A stretch of 64,000 bases of DNA, from the NCBI GenBank assembly GCA_036785375.1, contig JAWMAR010000002.1, forward strand, positions 13,888,001-13,952,000, given 5' to 3'. A program made the position numbers and the translations under genes. Each line of letters opens with the position of its first letter. Position 1 is the stretch's first letter. This document shows, in pieces, positions 1 to 12,085 of this stretch. This stretch comes from Leucoraja ocellata. Its lineage: Eukaryota. Under the pieces are notes generated by a model. It made no database searches. It had not been told where the DNA came from and worked only from the letters and a program-made list of their open reading frames with translations.

Positions 1-49
1 TTGTGTGTGTTTTTTGTAAACCAGCATCTGCAGTTCCTTGTGTCTACTA

Positions 50-500
50 TGGAACTCAGGTTGGTTGGGGGAGAGGGCTGGTATTTGAGAAGAATCAGAG
101 TTCGGGGCTTTGACCAGGATAGGTTAATGTTGGGTGGGCATGGCTAGTATGATAGAGATTCAGGCCTTTGGAAATAAAGAAATCAGAAGATTTGGACTTT
201 TGGAATCTAGGTGTTGGATCATGGGCAGGTCAGGGACAATGGTGGAGGGGGTGGTAGTTAGGTTGTCAGGGTGTCAGATGGCCTGAGCAATTGTGAGATT
301 TTGGCTTTGAGAAAGGTTGCGATATTGAAGAATTCTACATTCAGGAGCTGGATGATCAGGAGTCGTGGCAGAGGTAGTGGAGATTAAGATCAGTGGGTGT
401 GATAGACCCTAGAGGGTAAGTCAGCGATTTACTTTAATAGGTCCCAGTTCAGCTTCTAAACAGTTATTCTAGGTGGGGGCGGGGGTGGTGCTGACTGATG
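50..500 (-). mobile_element. Old LINE (L2-like) fragment
   Basis: G-rich degenerate sequence resembling the antisense of an L2 ORF2; no open frame. Confidence 0.35.
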
Positions 501-689
501 AAAGACTATTCACGTGAACTAATTTCACCAGCAATGCTTCAAAATGTGCATTGCTTTAGGAATGATATCATGTGATATCATTCACGAGTTGGATATAGCT
601 CTTAGGGGTAATGGATATGGGGAGAAAGCAGTTGCAAGTTAAGAGGCTTGTGAACAGTGTACTGATTTTGGATGATCGACCATGATCTC

Positions 690-1092
690 TGGAACGCTGG
701 GGATTGAGGGAGGACCTGATAGAAGTATATAAAATTAGGAGAAGCATAGATAGGGTAGACAGTCAGAACCTTTTTCCTCAGAGTGGAAATGGCAAAGACT
801 GGTGGGCAGAGCTTTAAGATAAGAGGAACAAAGTTTAAAGGAGATGTGCGGGACAAATGTTTTCATTCAGAGTGGTGGGTGCCTGGAATGTGCTGTCTGC
901 ATGGTGGTGGAGGCAGTTGCAAGTTAAGAGGCTTACAGATAAGCACATGGATATGCAGGGAAGGAAGGGGTATGGGTCATATGGGAGGCAGGAGATTAGT
1001 TTATTTTTGTATTATATTTGGCACAAGTGTTGTGGGACAAAGGGCCTGTTCCTGTCCTGTACTTTTATATATTCTATGATTAATGTTCTATG
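690..1092 (+). mobile_element. CR1 (HER1-like) LINE 3' fragment
   Basis: Encodes a degenerate CR1 ORF2 C-terminus (KTGGQSFKIRGTKFKGDVR; FRVVGAWNVL) followed by a 3' UTR with ttctatg tail. Confidence 0.85.
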
Positions 1093-1544
1093 AAAATATT
1101 TGTTATCATGATCTCAAAAAAATACCATTTTAACTATACGCCACTGAAATAAATGATACTATCATCAAAATTCTATTAACCCCGTTTCACATTATTTACC
1201 CTATTATATATCATTGCTACCTTCTTACCCACTTATTAAATTGTCTACATCCATCTGCAGCCTCTTTGAATCCTTCACACAGCTCACATTTCCATCTACC
1301 TTTCTATTGTCAGGACATTTGGATGGTGTTCACTCTGTACTTTCAACTGTGTCATTAATATAAATTGCCAATAGCTGGGGTCCTGGTACTAATCCTTGGA
1401 GACCTCAGTCCAAAGCCATGAACACCAATATGAATTGTGACTCTCGTGCGGAACTGAATGTGGTACTAATTCAGGTGTTGCTAGCAGTTCTTTAATATAG
1501 GCAAGTTGCATTGTACTAGTCAGCGCTATGCCAAGATAATCTAA

Positions 1545-1605
1545 AGATAAGGCCTATGTGGTAGAGATAAGGCTATGTGGTAGAGATAAGGCTATGTGGT
1601 AGAGG
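1545..1605 (+). repeat. Three tandem copies of an approximately 19-bp unit (agataaggctatgtggtag)
   Basis: Directly visible; sits at the 5' junction of the CR1 at 1618. Confidence 0.9.
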
Positions 1606-1617
1606 AAAGTCCTAGGT

Positions 1618-2092
1618 GATTTACTAGAATGTTGCCTGGGTTTCAGCAACTAAGTTACAGAGAAAGGTTGAATAAGTTAGGTCTTTATTCTTTGGAGCGC
1701 AGAAGGTTAAGGGGGGACTTGAGAGAGGTCTTTAAAATGATGAGAGGGATAGACAGAGTTGACCTGGATAAGCTTTTCCCATTGAGAGTAGGGAAGATTC
1801 AAACAAGAGGACATGACTTGAGAATTAAGGGACAGAAGTTTAGGGGTAACATGAAGGGGAACTTCTTTACTCAGAGAGTGGTAGCTGTGTGGAATGAGCT
1901 TCCAGTGGAAGTGGTGGAGGCAGGTTCGATTTTATCATTTAAAAATAAATTGGATAGGTATATGGATGGGAAAGGAATGGAGGGTTATGGTCTGAGTGCA
2001 GGTAGATGGGACTAGCGGAAAATAAGTGTTCGGCACGGACTTGTAGGGCCAAGATGGCCTGTTTCTGTGCTGTAATTGTTATATGGTTACAT
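1618..2092 (+). mobile_element. CR1 LINE 3' fragment, relatively young subfamily
   Basis: ORF 1629-2015 is an uninterrupted CR1 ORF2 C-terminus (LERRRLRGDL...TRGH...NFFTQRVVAVWNELP); tatatggt tail. Closely similar to 41371-41757. Confidence 0.92.
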
Positions 2093-2110
2093 GATAAGGG
2101 TAAATGGAAA

Positions 2111-2209
2111 TAGAGTCTGAAGAAGGGTCTCGACCCAAAACGTAATTTATTCCTCCGCTCCATAGATGCTGCCTCACCCACTGAGTTTCTTCAGCATTTT
2201 CGTCTACCT
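2111..2209 (+). mobile_element. Penelope pLTR fragment with decayed hammerhead
   Basis: 14-bp TSD agggtaaatggaaa (2097-2110 and 2210-2223). Contains ctgaagaagggtctcgaccc followed by aaaac, i.e. the GAAA is mutated. Confidence 0.85.
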
Positions 2210-2357
2210 AGGGTAAATGGAAAAGGCAAGTTGCAGAATTGTTAAGCCAACAACAAAAATGTTGTCTTTTGCTAATAGCCTTCAGGTACCTGTTTAAGAG
2301 CTGCTGGTTAGCCCATAGCACTCAAGTCAAAATCAAAAATTGCAGCTAATGGTAAAC

Positions 2358-2900
2358 AGTGTAGATGGGGCATGTTGGTCGGCGTGGGCAAGTTGGGCCG
2401 AAGGACCTGTTTCCACACAGCATGACATTATGAGTCATACGACCCTTCGGCCCAACTTGCCCACGCCAACCAACATGCCCCATCTACACTAATACAACCT
2501 GCCTGCATTTATTCAATATCCCTCTAAATCTATCTTATTCAAGTACTTGTCTAAATGGTTCTAAAATATTGCGATAGCACCTGCTTCAATGATGTCCGCA
2601 GGCAGCTTGTTCCATACACCCATCACTCTTTGTGTAAAAACGGTACTCAGGTTCCTATTAAATTTCTCCCCCCTCACCTTAAACCTACGTCCTCTGGTTC
2701 TCGATTCCCCATCTTGAGGCAAAAGGCTCCATGCATTTACCTGATCTATTCCTCTCATGATTTTGTACGCTTTTATAAGATCACCCCTGAACCTCATGTT
2801 CTCCGTTCTAGCCTGCTCGACCTCTCCCTAAAGCTCAGGCGCTGGAGTCCTGGCAACATCCTCGTAAATCTTCTCTGTCCAGCTTAACAACATGCTCTCC
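2358..2900. mobile_element. Tail-to-tail CR1 3' ends (+ 2358-2430; - 2432-2900)
   Basis: Minus ORF 2561-2797 is a CR1 C-terminus (RGDLIKAYKIMRGID). The CR1 3' UTR is present in both orientations. Confidence 0.85.
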
Positions 2901-3003
2901 AGCTTGACAAAATAAGCTTGAAAACGGGATTAAAAGCAGAAAAGTGGGTCAAGCACCTTTGGAAAAAATAAATTGCATTAATTTTTCAGTTCAACAACTA
3001 TTA

Positions 3004-3255
3004 TAGACAATAGACAATAGACAATAGACAATAGGTGCAGGAGTAGCCCGTTCGGCCCTTTGAGCCAGCACCGGCATTCTGTGATCATGGCTGATCATCC
3101 ACATTCAATACCCCGTTCCTGCCTTCTCACCATATCCCCTGACTCCTCTATCTTTAAGAGCTCTATCTAACTCTCTCTTGAAAGCGTCCAGAGAATTGGC
3201 CTCCACTGCCTTCTGAGGCAGAGAATCTCACAGATTCACAACTCTCTAGGTAAAA
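3004..3255 (-). mobile_element. CR1 3' end with (TATTGTC)n tail
   Basis: (tagacaa)4 tail followed by the reverse complement of a CR1 3' UTR. Confidence 0.85.
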
Positions 3256-3269
3256 AATGATGAGCGGTC

Positions 3270-3395
3270 TTGGACACTGTAGATGGCTCGATTGTAATCA
3301 TGTATTGTCTTTCCGCTGACTGGTTAGCATACAACAAAAGCTTTTCGCTGTACCTCGGTACACGTGAAAATAAACTAAACTCAATAAACTAAACT
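3270..3395 (+). mobile_element. Rex1/Babar-type 3' UTR fragment
   Basis: ctttccgctgactggttagc...gtacctcggtacacgtg...aataaactaaact. The same tail follows Rex coding remnants at 10395-10740 and 11490-12085. Confidence 0.7.
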
Positions 3396-4334
3396 CCACT
3401 CAACTTTTTCTGTACGTACCGATGCTGTCTGACCTGCTGATTATTATCAGCGTCTTTCTGTTCCAGGCTGCATACGCCTCACAAGCTATTTGGAGCGTGG
3501 AAGCCATTTTGGCATCAAGGACCTGAAATGATCCTCTGTCTCTTAATGAGCCTATTTAAGAAGCCTTTGCTGGCAGGAACTTTGGCCATTTAGAAGTCAT
3601 TTATTGCCAAATTAGTTGTAGCCAGGGCCACTTTATCCCCCAATGTAATTTTAGCACAATTGCATGTGCATAAATACATCAAATACATGCACCGGATTTC
3701 TATAGGGGGTGATAACTGTGCACAATATGCAAATAAAAGCCATCTGAATCTGTTCAGTTTAAAAAAGTAATTATGCCTTAGTTTTGAGCTGTAGCCGTTG
3801 CTTTCATAGAGTGCGGCCTACTTTTAATTTTGAACTGTAGTCATTGCTTTCAGAGAGTACTGTCTCCTTTGTGTGTTCATAAAATACAGGCAACATAAGG
3901 AGTATTTACAAGCTTGCATTTTTTTTATATGTCCCAAAGATCTGAGACGCAGATCTGAGAATGTTAAAAGACCTCTGTAATGTTTCCATCATTTACTGTA
4001 AGCATGCATTTTATCCAAGTGAATAAGTTGCTTGCCATGTGCCTCAATAAAGCACTACTGTTCGTACTACAAATGTGTCTTGATCTCGGTCCAATTCAGA
4101 AGAGGAAAGAGGCACCGCCAATGTTAAAGTAAATTGGGCAATTGATCTTGTTCAGAAAGAAGAGGAAGTTAACCCTATTATAATAGGATACATATTCTAT
4201 CTTGCCATCGTCGACCATATTTCTGTACTAGAAAGAAGGAAGTCATTTTGACCCATTGAGCCTCTGCTGGCTCACAGAGCAATCCTACTCCCCTCTAATT
4301 TTCCCTTTAACCTTTTCTTGCCACATTCTTATCC

Positions 4335-4965
4335 TGAGACCAACGTATGGCTGAACTCCAAGAGGGTTGGTCGTGCTAGGATGAAGCTCCCAGAGGATCG
4401 TGGCCTACAGGGGGAAGCTGCTGAGTCGGTACCCCGTAGCTGAACGCAAGACCCAGCGAACTGCAGCCTGGTATGGTGAACCGGCCCCTGCTCATCCCCC
4501 CCCCCCCCCCCTTCGAAGACCATAGACCGACCGGGAGGATGGAGCCTGCGATGATGATGGGCACGACCATCGAGGAGCGAGGCCGGTAGGAAAGGAGAAG
4601 GGAACCGGAGTCTGGCTTACCGCGCCTTCAAGGTTAACTGTGGAAAGCGTCCCCAGGAAACGAAGGTGGATGGGCGAGGAGAGAGACGTGTGTTTGTTGA
4701 TCGATCCACATGTCCAAGGAAGGCAATGACTGGAGGTCCACAGCAGCCTGGGGCCTGGGTTGGGCACTGAGCATAACAACTAGAGCGTAGACTGGTCTCT
4801 GAAAATGGCGCCGAAAAATGGCGTCTCTTGCATGTGGGATCAGTGGACTATTTCTGTACACATGCCAATCGAGGAATGTGCTTGGGCATGGCAATACTCT
4901 ACTGGACTGTTTGTAAGAAAATAATTTCATTGCACATTTGACAATAAAAGCACAATTGAACCATT
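4335..4965 (+). mobile_element. Unclassified GC-rich non-autonomous retroposon
   Basis: CpG-rich block in AT-rich DNA with two aaaatggcg motifs (about 4802-4824) and a Rex-like 3' end (aatttcattgcac...tgacaataaa, then a ccattga-like tail). Confidence 0.5.
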
Positions 4966-5714
4966 GACCCAAACAGAGGCAAATTAACCTACCAGCCAAC
5001 ACATCTTTGAAGCTTGGAAGAAAACTGGAGCACCTTGGGGGGAGCTACAAACATCGGGTTACATAGAGAACAAACAAACTATATAGAGAACACAGGCAGC
5101 ACCACAGGTCAGGATCGAACTCCAGTCACTGGAGCTTTGAGGCAGCTGAGTCATCGTGCTGCCTCCCTTCGCGGTTGATCATAAGTCAGATAGATTTCCA
5201 CACTGTAGTTAACTTAAATTTCTCCTCCAGGCCACACAGTAATATCACGAGAAAAAAAAACCCAGCACGAGCGTGCATCGCTCAAGGTAGCTATGATATG
5301 AATGCAATAACAATAAAGTATAAAAACGTTTAATGGAGACGAGATGAAGACATTAAGCATTCTAGCTGGCAACATGCCTTTAGGGTTTCTGGAGATCAAG
5401 GAGATCAATTGTAGTTTCATTGGATTGATTATATCTTATGCTTTACATAATATTATTTTTCTCTCAACGTTGATTGCCCCCAAACAGAGACGTCAGAACT
5501 GAGTTGCTACAGTTGCTGAAAATGTGAGCATGTGAATGACCCAAATAGCAGTTGAAATGACAAAGGTGGCATTCATCATTTATTGAACACAATTACTTCT
5601 GATTTTATTCCGCTTTCATCAGTCTTTTGAAGCAATATCTTATAATATTAACACTGGCACTGTTAAACAATAACATTTTCAAAACAGGAGAAATAGGGTA
5701 GTTTACATTTTTTC

Positions 5715-6018
5715 TAGTTCACAGATACAGTGCAGACACATGTCCTTTGGCTCACCGAGTCCGCGCCGACCAGTGATCGCTGTACACTAGCCCTATCCTA
5801 CACACTAGGGACAATTTACTATTCTTACCGAAGCCAATTAACCTACAAACCTGTATGTCTTTAGAATGTGGGAGGAAACCCCAGTCTCTGGAGAAAACCC
5901 ACGGGGTCACTGGGAGAACGTACAAACTCTGTACAGACAGCACCCGCAGTCAGAATTGAACCCGGGTCTCGTGCGCTGTAAGGCAGCAACTCTATCGCTG
6001 CACCACCGCGCCGCCCCT
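5715..6018 (-). mobile_element. tRNA-derived V-SINE (HE1-like)
   Basis: A/B-box-like head, central V-domain (gtttgtacgttctccc...gtttcctcccacattc) and CR1-derived tail. Confidence 0.9.
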
Positions 6019-6129
6019 GAAAAAAAAATGGTTTAATAGTTTAATTCTTTGTTTTAATGTTGATAATATTAGTCTTTCAAGAGTAAGTTTTTTTGTTATA
6101 TAACAAGTTTAGACAAGAAAGCAAGTGTC

Positions 6130-6555
6130 AGTCTTGGCCTGATGGCAGCATCTCCACCGAACATTAAATGGAAATCGACATTCAAATCCTGCGTTGCAGA
6201 CATAAGCATAAACCCTGAGCTGCAAGCTCAGTGCATTATTGAGGCAGCAGTCTAGAGCTGGAGGCCTCTGAGTGAGATGGAACTGGGGCCTCTTCACCCA
6301 ACACAGGTGGACATGGAAGTTCCGTTGGCACAACTTCGAAGAAGAAAAAAATAATATTTTCCAGATGTTGTGGCCCACCTTCATTCCTGGACCAACATCA
6401 TTGTCTGTTTTATGTTATAACTGTTTGTGGAATATGGCTGCAATTGTGTTTGCTGCCAAGATTGCTGCATTACAACAATAACTGTACTTCACAAATATTT
6501 AATTGGCTTTTAAGCACTGGTAATATTGTGAAAAGTGCTATATAAAGCCAGCTAA
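6130..6555 (+). mobile_element. Ancient DeuSINE/SacSINE1-like element
   Basis: Degenerate body with an L2-type 3' end (ctgcattacaac...cttcacaaatatttaattggc...gtgaaaagtgctatataaa). Confidence 0.5.
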
Positions 6556-6814
6556 ATGCAAAATTTTGCAAAGTGCTCTATATACAGTAGGTCTTTTACG
6601 CAGCACAATGGTGCATTTAGCTCAACAATTATAAGTTTATTGACGCAAAAAGATAACTTCCCTTTCCTGATCTGACATAGGATCTGTACTTTAAATAATT
6701 AATTTCCCTTTACTCGTCCTAGCACAACACAGGGTAACTAGATTATGCCTTAAATTGCCATTGTACTTCCATCATCTTGTCATTCAAGTAAATCACAAAC
6801 TTTCTTGATCAATC

Positions 6815-7510
6815 TTCATCAGTCAACGAAAGTAAGCATGCAGGTATAGCAGGCAATGAAGAAAGCAAATGGCATGCTGGCCTTCATAACAAGAGGAGTT
6901 GAGTAAAGGAGCAAAGAGGTCCTTCTGCAGTTATACAGAGCCCTAGTGAGACCACACCTGGATTATTGTGTGCAGTTTTGGTCTCCCAATTTGAGGAAGG
7001 ACGTTCTTACTATTGAGGGAGTGCAGCATAGGTTCACCAGGTTAATTCCCGGGATGGCAGGATTGTCATATGTTAATAGAATGGAGCGGCTGGGGTTGTC
7101 TACTCTTGAATTTACAAGGATGAGAGGGGATCTTATTGAAGCATATACAATTATTAAGGGCCTGGACACGTTAGAGGCAGGAAACATGTTCCCGATGTTG
7201 GGAGAGTCCAGAACCAGGGGCCACAGTTTAAGAATAAGGGGTAAGCCATTTAGAAGGAAAAACTTTTTCACACAGAGAGTTGTGAGTGTGGAATTCTCTG
7301 CCTCAGAGGGCAGAGGAGGCTGGTTCTATGGATGCTTTCAAGAGAGAGCTAAACAGAGCTCTTAAAGATAGTGGAGTCAAGGGAAATGGGGAGAAGGCAG
7401 GAACGGGGTACTGATTGTGGATGATCAGTCATGATCACATTGAATGATGGTGCTGGCTCAAGGGCCGAATGGCCTATTCCTGCATCTATTGTCTATAGTC
7501 TATTGTCTAA
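6815..7510 (+). mobile_element. CR1 LINE 3' fragment
   Basis: ORF 6946-7365 (RPHLDYCVQFWSP...RGDLIEAY...TRGHSLRI); tattgtc tail. Confidence 0.92.
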
Positions 7511-7571
7511 TTAAAAACGATACTTTTACTGAAAATTATTCTGGCTGTTTGATAGGGTCTTCCTGAGTTTT

Positions 7572-7852
7572 GTTTCGTTTAGTTTAGTTTCGAGATACAG
7601 CACGGAAACAGGCCGCTCGGCCCACTAAATCCGCACCGACCAATGGACCCTACAAACTAACCTTATCCTACACACACTAGGGACAATTTACAATTATACC
7701 AAGCCAATTAACCTACAACCCTGTATGTCTTTGGAGAGTGGGACGAAACCAGAGCTCCCGGAGAAAACCCACGCAGGTCACGGGGAGAACGTACAAACTC
7801 CATGCAGACAGCACCCGTTGTCAGGATCGAACTCAGGTCCCCACCGTGCCGT
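7572..7852 (-). mobile_element. HE1-like V-SINE
   Basis: V-domain and (taaac)n tail on the minus strand. Confidence 0.88.
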
Positions 7853-8077
7853 CCTTAGTGAGATATATTTAAATGTCCTAACCGATTCTTGCTCCAATGA
7901 CACAAGTCATATTGAAAGGCTGATTTGAGAAGATAAGCAGACATGTTGGCAAAATGTTTTTTTCGGTTATGCAATGTGATATATTACATTCTTATTCTTA
8001 TTCAAGTTATAATTGAACACTTAAAATGATGCTCCGTTTTTCTCTTTCACTTTTCTAATTGAGTTCCAAACAGCAGG

Positions 8078-8650
8078 CTGGTGCAGCGGTAGAGCTGCTG
8101 CCTCACAGCACCAGAGCCCTGGACTCGATCCTCACTATGGATGCCGTCTGTGCAGAATTTGTGCTCGCACGGCTTTTCTCCTGGTGTCCCGGTCACCATC
8201 TGCGAAGGGCGCTCAGCATCGCCAAGGACTGCTCTCACCCCAACCACAGACTGTTTACCCTCCTACCATCCGGGAGGCGCTACAGGTCTCTCCGTTGCCG
8301 GACCCCCCGGACACTGCTCCCACCAGGAAAAAAAAAACTACGACTGTATGCACGTAAATAGATTTATTTATTGCTCATATTCTATGTCACTCTTCTAGGG
8401 AGATGCTAACTACATTTTGTTGTCTCTGTACTGTACACTGCACAATGACAATAAAGTTGAATCTGAATCTGAATCTGAATCTGACCTCCCACATTCAAAA
8501 GGTGTGCAGGTTTGTACCGTAATTGGCTGCTGTAAATTGCCCCTGGTGTCTAGGAGTGATAGTGTGTAGGATGATCGATGGTCAGTGTTAACTCAGTGGG
8601 CTGAAGGGCCTGCTGCCACGGTCTATCTCTCAACTAAACTCTCTATAAAC
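8078..8650 (+). mobile_element. HE1-like V-SINE interrupted by a Rex1/Babar 3' fragment (about 8195-8482)
   Basis: SINE head at 8078-8195; insert encodes RRALSIAKDCSHPNHRLFTLLPSGRRYRSLR with a (tgaatc)n tail; SINE resumes at about 8483. Confidence 0.85.
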
Positions 8651-9285
8651 TAAAGATACCTTTACAGATCGCGAGGCTGACTAAAGGTACATCTACCCAT
8701 GAGAAATCTACCCATAGATAAACTATTATGATTGACTCTCATTACAGTGGAACAGCAGCACCCAACTGAATGAAGATCTGATTCCTATCTTTCCCCAGAT
8801 GAAAATAAAAAGGATCACAACGTCAAAGAACACCATCAAAACAAAAAATGATGAGTACAGTGCAATAAATGGTGTGTAATAATTCTATGCAGTCTGCTCT
8901 CGACGTTTTGGTCATTGGAAAAGTTTCACTTCATTTACTCTGTCGAAACTCTCTAAAAATTATGTTCCTGATCAAATCTCCTTCTGGCTTTGCCTGCTCT
9001 GAGAAAAACAACCCAAGCTTTTCTACTGTTTTTATTTAATTGTAATCCAGTAAATCCTTGCTGGCCTCTGCCAAAGGCTTTATGTTATCATTAAAGTGTT
9101 TTACCTAGAATGGATAAAATCTTCAAGTTGGAGCTGAACCAATGTTTTAGATGGTTTAATGCAAATTATTGTTTTTTTTATTCCATTGGTAAAAACCAAT
9201 CCTTTGGTCACAAGCCCTAAATGTGTGCTACAGTAACTTAGGCAATAAAATCATACAGCACAGAAACGGGCCCTTCGCCCACTGA

Positions 9286-9783
9286 AGGGCCTGTCCCACT
9301 TACGTGAATTTTCAGCAAACTGTCTGCGACCTTCAAGCTCGGGGGCACTCGCCTGAAAAACCATGAGCTGNNNNNNNNNNNNNNNNNNNNNNNNNNNNNN
9401 NNNNNNNNNNNNNNNNNNNNNNNNNNNNNNNNNNNNNNNNNNNNNNNNNNNNNNNNNNNNNNNNNNNNNNNNNNNNNNNNNNNNNNNNNNNNNNNNNNNN
9501 NNNNNNNNNNNNNNNNNNNNNNNNNNNNNNNNNNNNNNNNNNNNNNNNNNNNGCCAGGGAAAGCGGGGGAGCACTGTCTGAAATTCACACTGTGCAAAGC
9601 CAAGGTGATACCCATGATGAACAGGAAGGTTAAAGACGGCTGGCACAGTGTACGGGAACTCCTCTCGCCCATGAAGGAAACTTACCAGTGACCACCTACG
9701 ACCATGTGTCGACCATGTGAACTTGTGGCAATGGCAAACTCTCTTAAACTCGCAAATAAGGTCGCCATAGTGGGACAGACCCT
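9286..9783. mobile_element. PIF/Harbinger-like MITE (spans an assembly gap) inserted in a SINE
   Basis: Terminal inverted repeats (TIRs) agggcctgtcccact / agtgggacagaccct; 3-bp TSD tga at 9283-9285 and 9784-9786. Confidence 0.85.
9371..9552. other. Assembly gap
   Basis: Run of N. Confidence 1.
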
Positions 9784-9786
9784 TGA

Positions 9787-10090
9787 GTCCATGCAAACTA
9801 ATAGGCACCCACTAACACTAATTCTACACTGTCCCATATTGTTCCCCCTGCATCCCCATTAGCTCTCCCCAGATTCTGCCACTCATCACAAACCTCGGGA
9901 TAATTTGCAGTGGTCAAATAATGTACAAACCTGTGTGTCTTTTGGATGGGTGGGGGGGAACCGGAACTCCAGGAGGAAACCCACACAGTCACTGGAAGGA
10001 ATGTGCAACTTCAAACGGTTAGCTTCAGAGATCAGGATTGAAGTTGGGTTGCTGAAACTGTGAAGCTGCAGCTCTGATAGATGTACCTCT
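9787..10090 (-). mobile_element. Older V-SINE; its 3' tail lies at 9245-9285
   Basis: Degenerate V-domain, split by the MITE. Confidence 0.7.
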
Positions 10091-10394
10091 TAGTACACAC
10101 ATTACACTCTTTCTGAAATTTAATCCTAGTGACAAATTAGAAATATGTAATTCAATCCACATCTTCCACTATGCCACAAATTAAGTGCCCATTATTAAGG
10201 ATGAATGTTATACCTTGTTTACTTATTTCCAGTCTTTCATATCACTCCAAAGATGTCAGCACCAGCATCTTTCTTAAAATTATACCACTTAAAATATATT
10301 TATTCGTACCAAACCATATCGCCTCATACTTTTATGTACTCAATTTCCTTTACTGTATCTGCCTAGTCCATCATTCATGAGAGATGTAGAAGTG

Positions 10395-10740
10395 TGAAAA
10401 CACATGCCTCCAGATTCAGAGACAGTTTCTTCCCAGCTGTTATCAGGCAACTGAACCATTCTACCAACAACTAGAGAACGGTCCTGAGCTACCATCTATT
10501 TCATTGAAGATCCTCGGACTATATTCAATCGGACTTTACTGGGCTTTATCTTGCACTAAATGTTATATTCTTTATCCTGTATTTGTACAATATGTATTGA
10601 AATCATATACAGTCTTTCCGCTGACTGGTTAGCATGCAACAAAAAGCTTTTCACTATATCTTGGTACAGGGACAATAAACCAAACTACACTCAACTGATC
10701 TAAACTCAACTGAATTAAACTAAACTAAACTAAACTAAAC
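10395..10740 (+). mobile_element. Rex1/Babar 3' end
   Basis: Encodes RFRDSFFPAVIRQLN, then 3' UTR and (taaac)n tail. Confidence 0.8.
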
Positions 10741-11160
10741 AATACGATAAAACTTTATTTATCCCAGGTGGGAAATTGATCTGCCAACTGTCATAAAACA
10801 CAAAATACATGAAACATGAAATTAAACTGATGAGTGGAAAGGATTGGGGATGTGCAAAGATTGAGGAGGAGGGAGGGGGACAGGGGGGGAGGGGAGTCAG
10901 TCTACCCCATGACAGAAGGGGGAGGAGTTGTACAGTTTGATAGCCACAGGGAAGAAGGATCTCCTGTGGCGTTCTGTCCTGCATCTTGGTGGAACCAGTC
11001 TGTTGCTGAAGGTACTCCTCGGGTTGACCAGTGTGTCATGGAGGGGCTGAGCTGTATTGTACAAGATGCTCAGCAGTTTGTGGAGCATCCTCACCTCCAA
11101 GTCCACCTCTCATGAATCAAACTCCGCCCCCAGGATGGAGCCAACCTCCCTGATGAGGTA
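10741..11160 (-). mobile_element. Rex1-type LINE 3' fragment
   Basis: ORF 10897-11106 (RMLHKLLSIL...RSTFSNRL...RRSFFPVAIKLYN). Confidence 0.85.
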
Positions 11161-11489
11161 AATCTAAACTAAACTATTACAATCTTCCCCAATGTTAGCA
11201 AATTTTATCATCTGTTCATTTTGAAATTGTGCTTTGTATAAGTGTAAATATGGACACCTATCAAAATCAACAGCAGTGGGAGTGTAATTCCATTCTATAC
11301 CTTCCTCAGTTGCAAAACGTAGCTGCTAATTTCAACTCCCTGTTTTGCTATTTGGTTATCAATGCCGCTCTGTCCCTGGGTGTTAATTGATACTTCTGCG
11401 ATGCTGTCTTGTAGCCATTGGAAATGTTTCTGACTGTTGAATATAATTTCATTTTGGGAAAAATGTTCTGGATTATGCGGAAAGGACCA

Positions 11490-12085
11490 GCGGAGTGTAC
11501 TAATTGTATAGTTCTTTAATAACCATAACACCATACAAGGCGAAGTGTTGGGTTGTATCACAGCTTGGTTAAGGAACAGCTCTGCTGAAAACTGCAAAAA
11601 ACTGCAGAGAGTTGTAGATGTAGACTAGTCCATCACACACACCAGACTTGCCACCATTGGCTCCATCTACATTTCATTCAGCCTCGGAAAAGCAGCAAAC
11701 ATAATCGAAGACATGTCCCTCCCTGATCATTTCTTCTTCTCTCTGCTCCTGTCCGGCAGAATGTACAGAAGCTTGAAAAGGAGTACCATCAGACTCAGGA
11801 ACAGTTTCTTCCCTTCTGTTAACAGGCTCCTGAACGGTCCGTCCATAAACAAGGGTACTGTCCGATTCACCTCTATCCCATAGTGGACATTGGACTTTGT
11901 AAATGGAGCAGATGCGCTACAATGCTGAGAACTATATTCTGCACTCTGTGTCTTCTCCTTTGCTCCATCTATTGTCCTTAAGTTTGATGTGATTGTATTT
12001 CTGTAAAGTATTATTCGATCTCTTTGGATAGCATGTAAAACAAAACTTCATTGCACCTCGGTACACGTGACAATAATAAACCTAA
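11490..12085 (+). mobile_element. Rex1/Babar 3' fragment
   Basis: Degenerate GCITAW...KLQRVV...RLRNSFFP coding remnant plus 3' UTR. Confidence 0.8.

Noticed and set aside
1545-1605. CRISPR-like short direct repeats
   Set aside because: The units are contiguous with no spacers, the context is eukaryotic, and there are no cas genes.
6330-6350. cgaagaaga resembling the mini-retroposon tail
   Set aside because: It lies inside an old DeuSINE-like body, with no upstream ribozyme fold or TSD.
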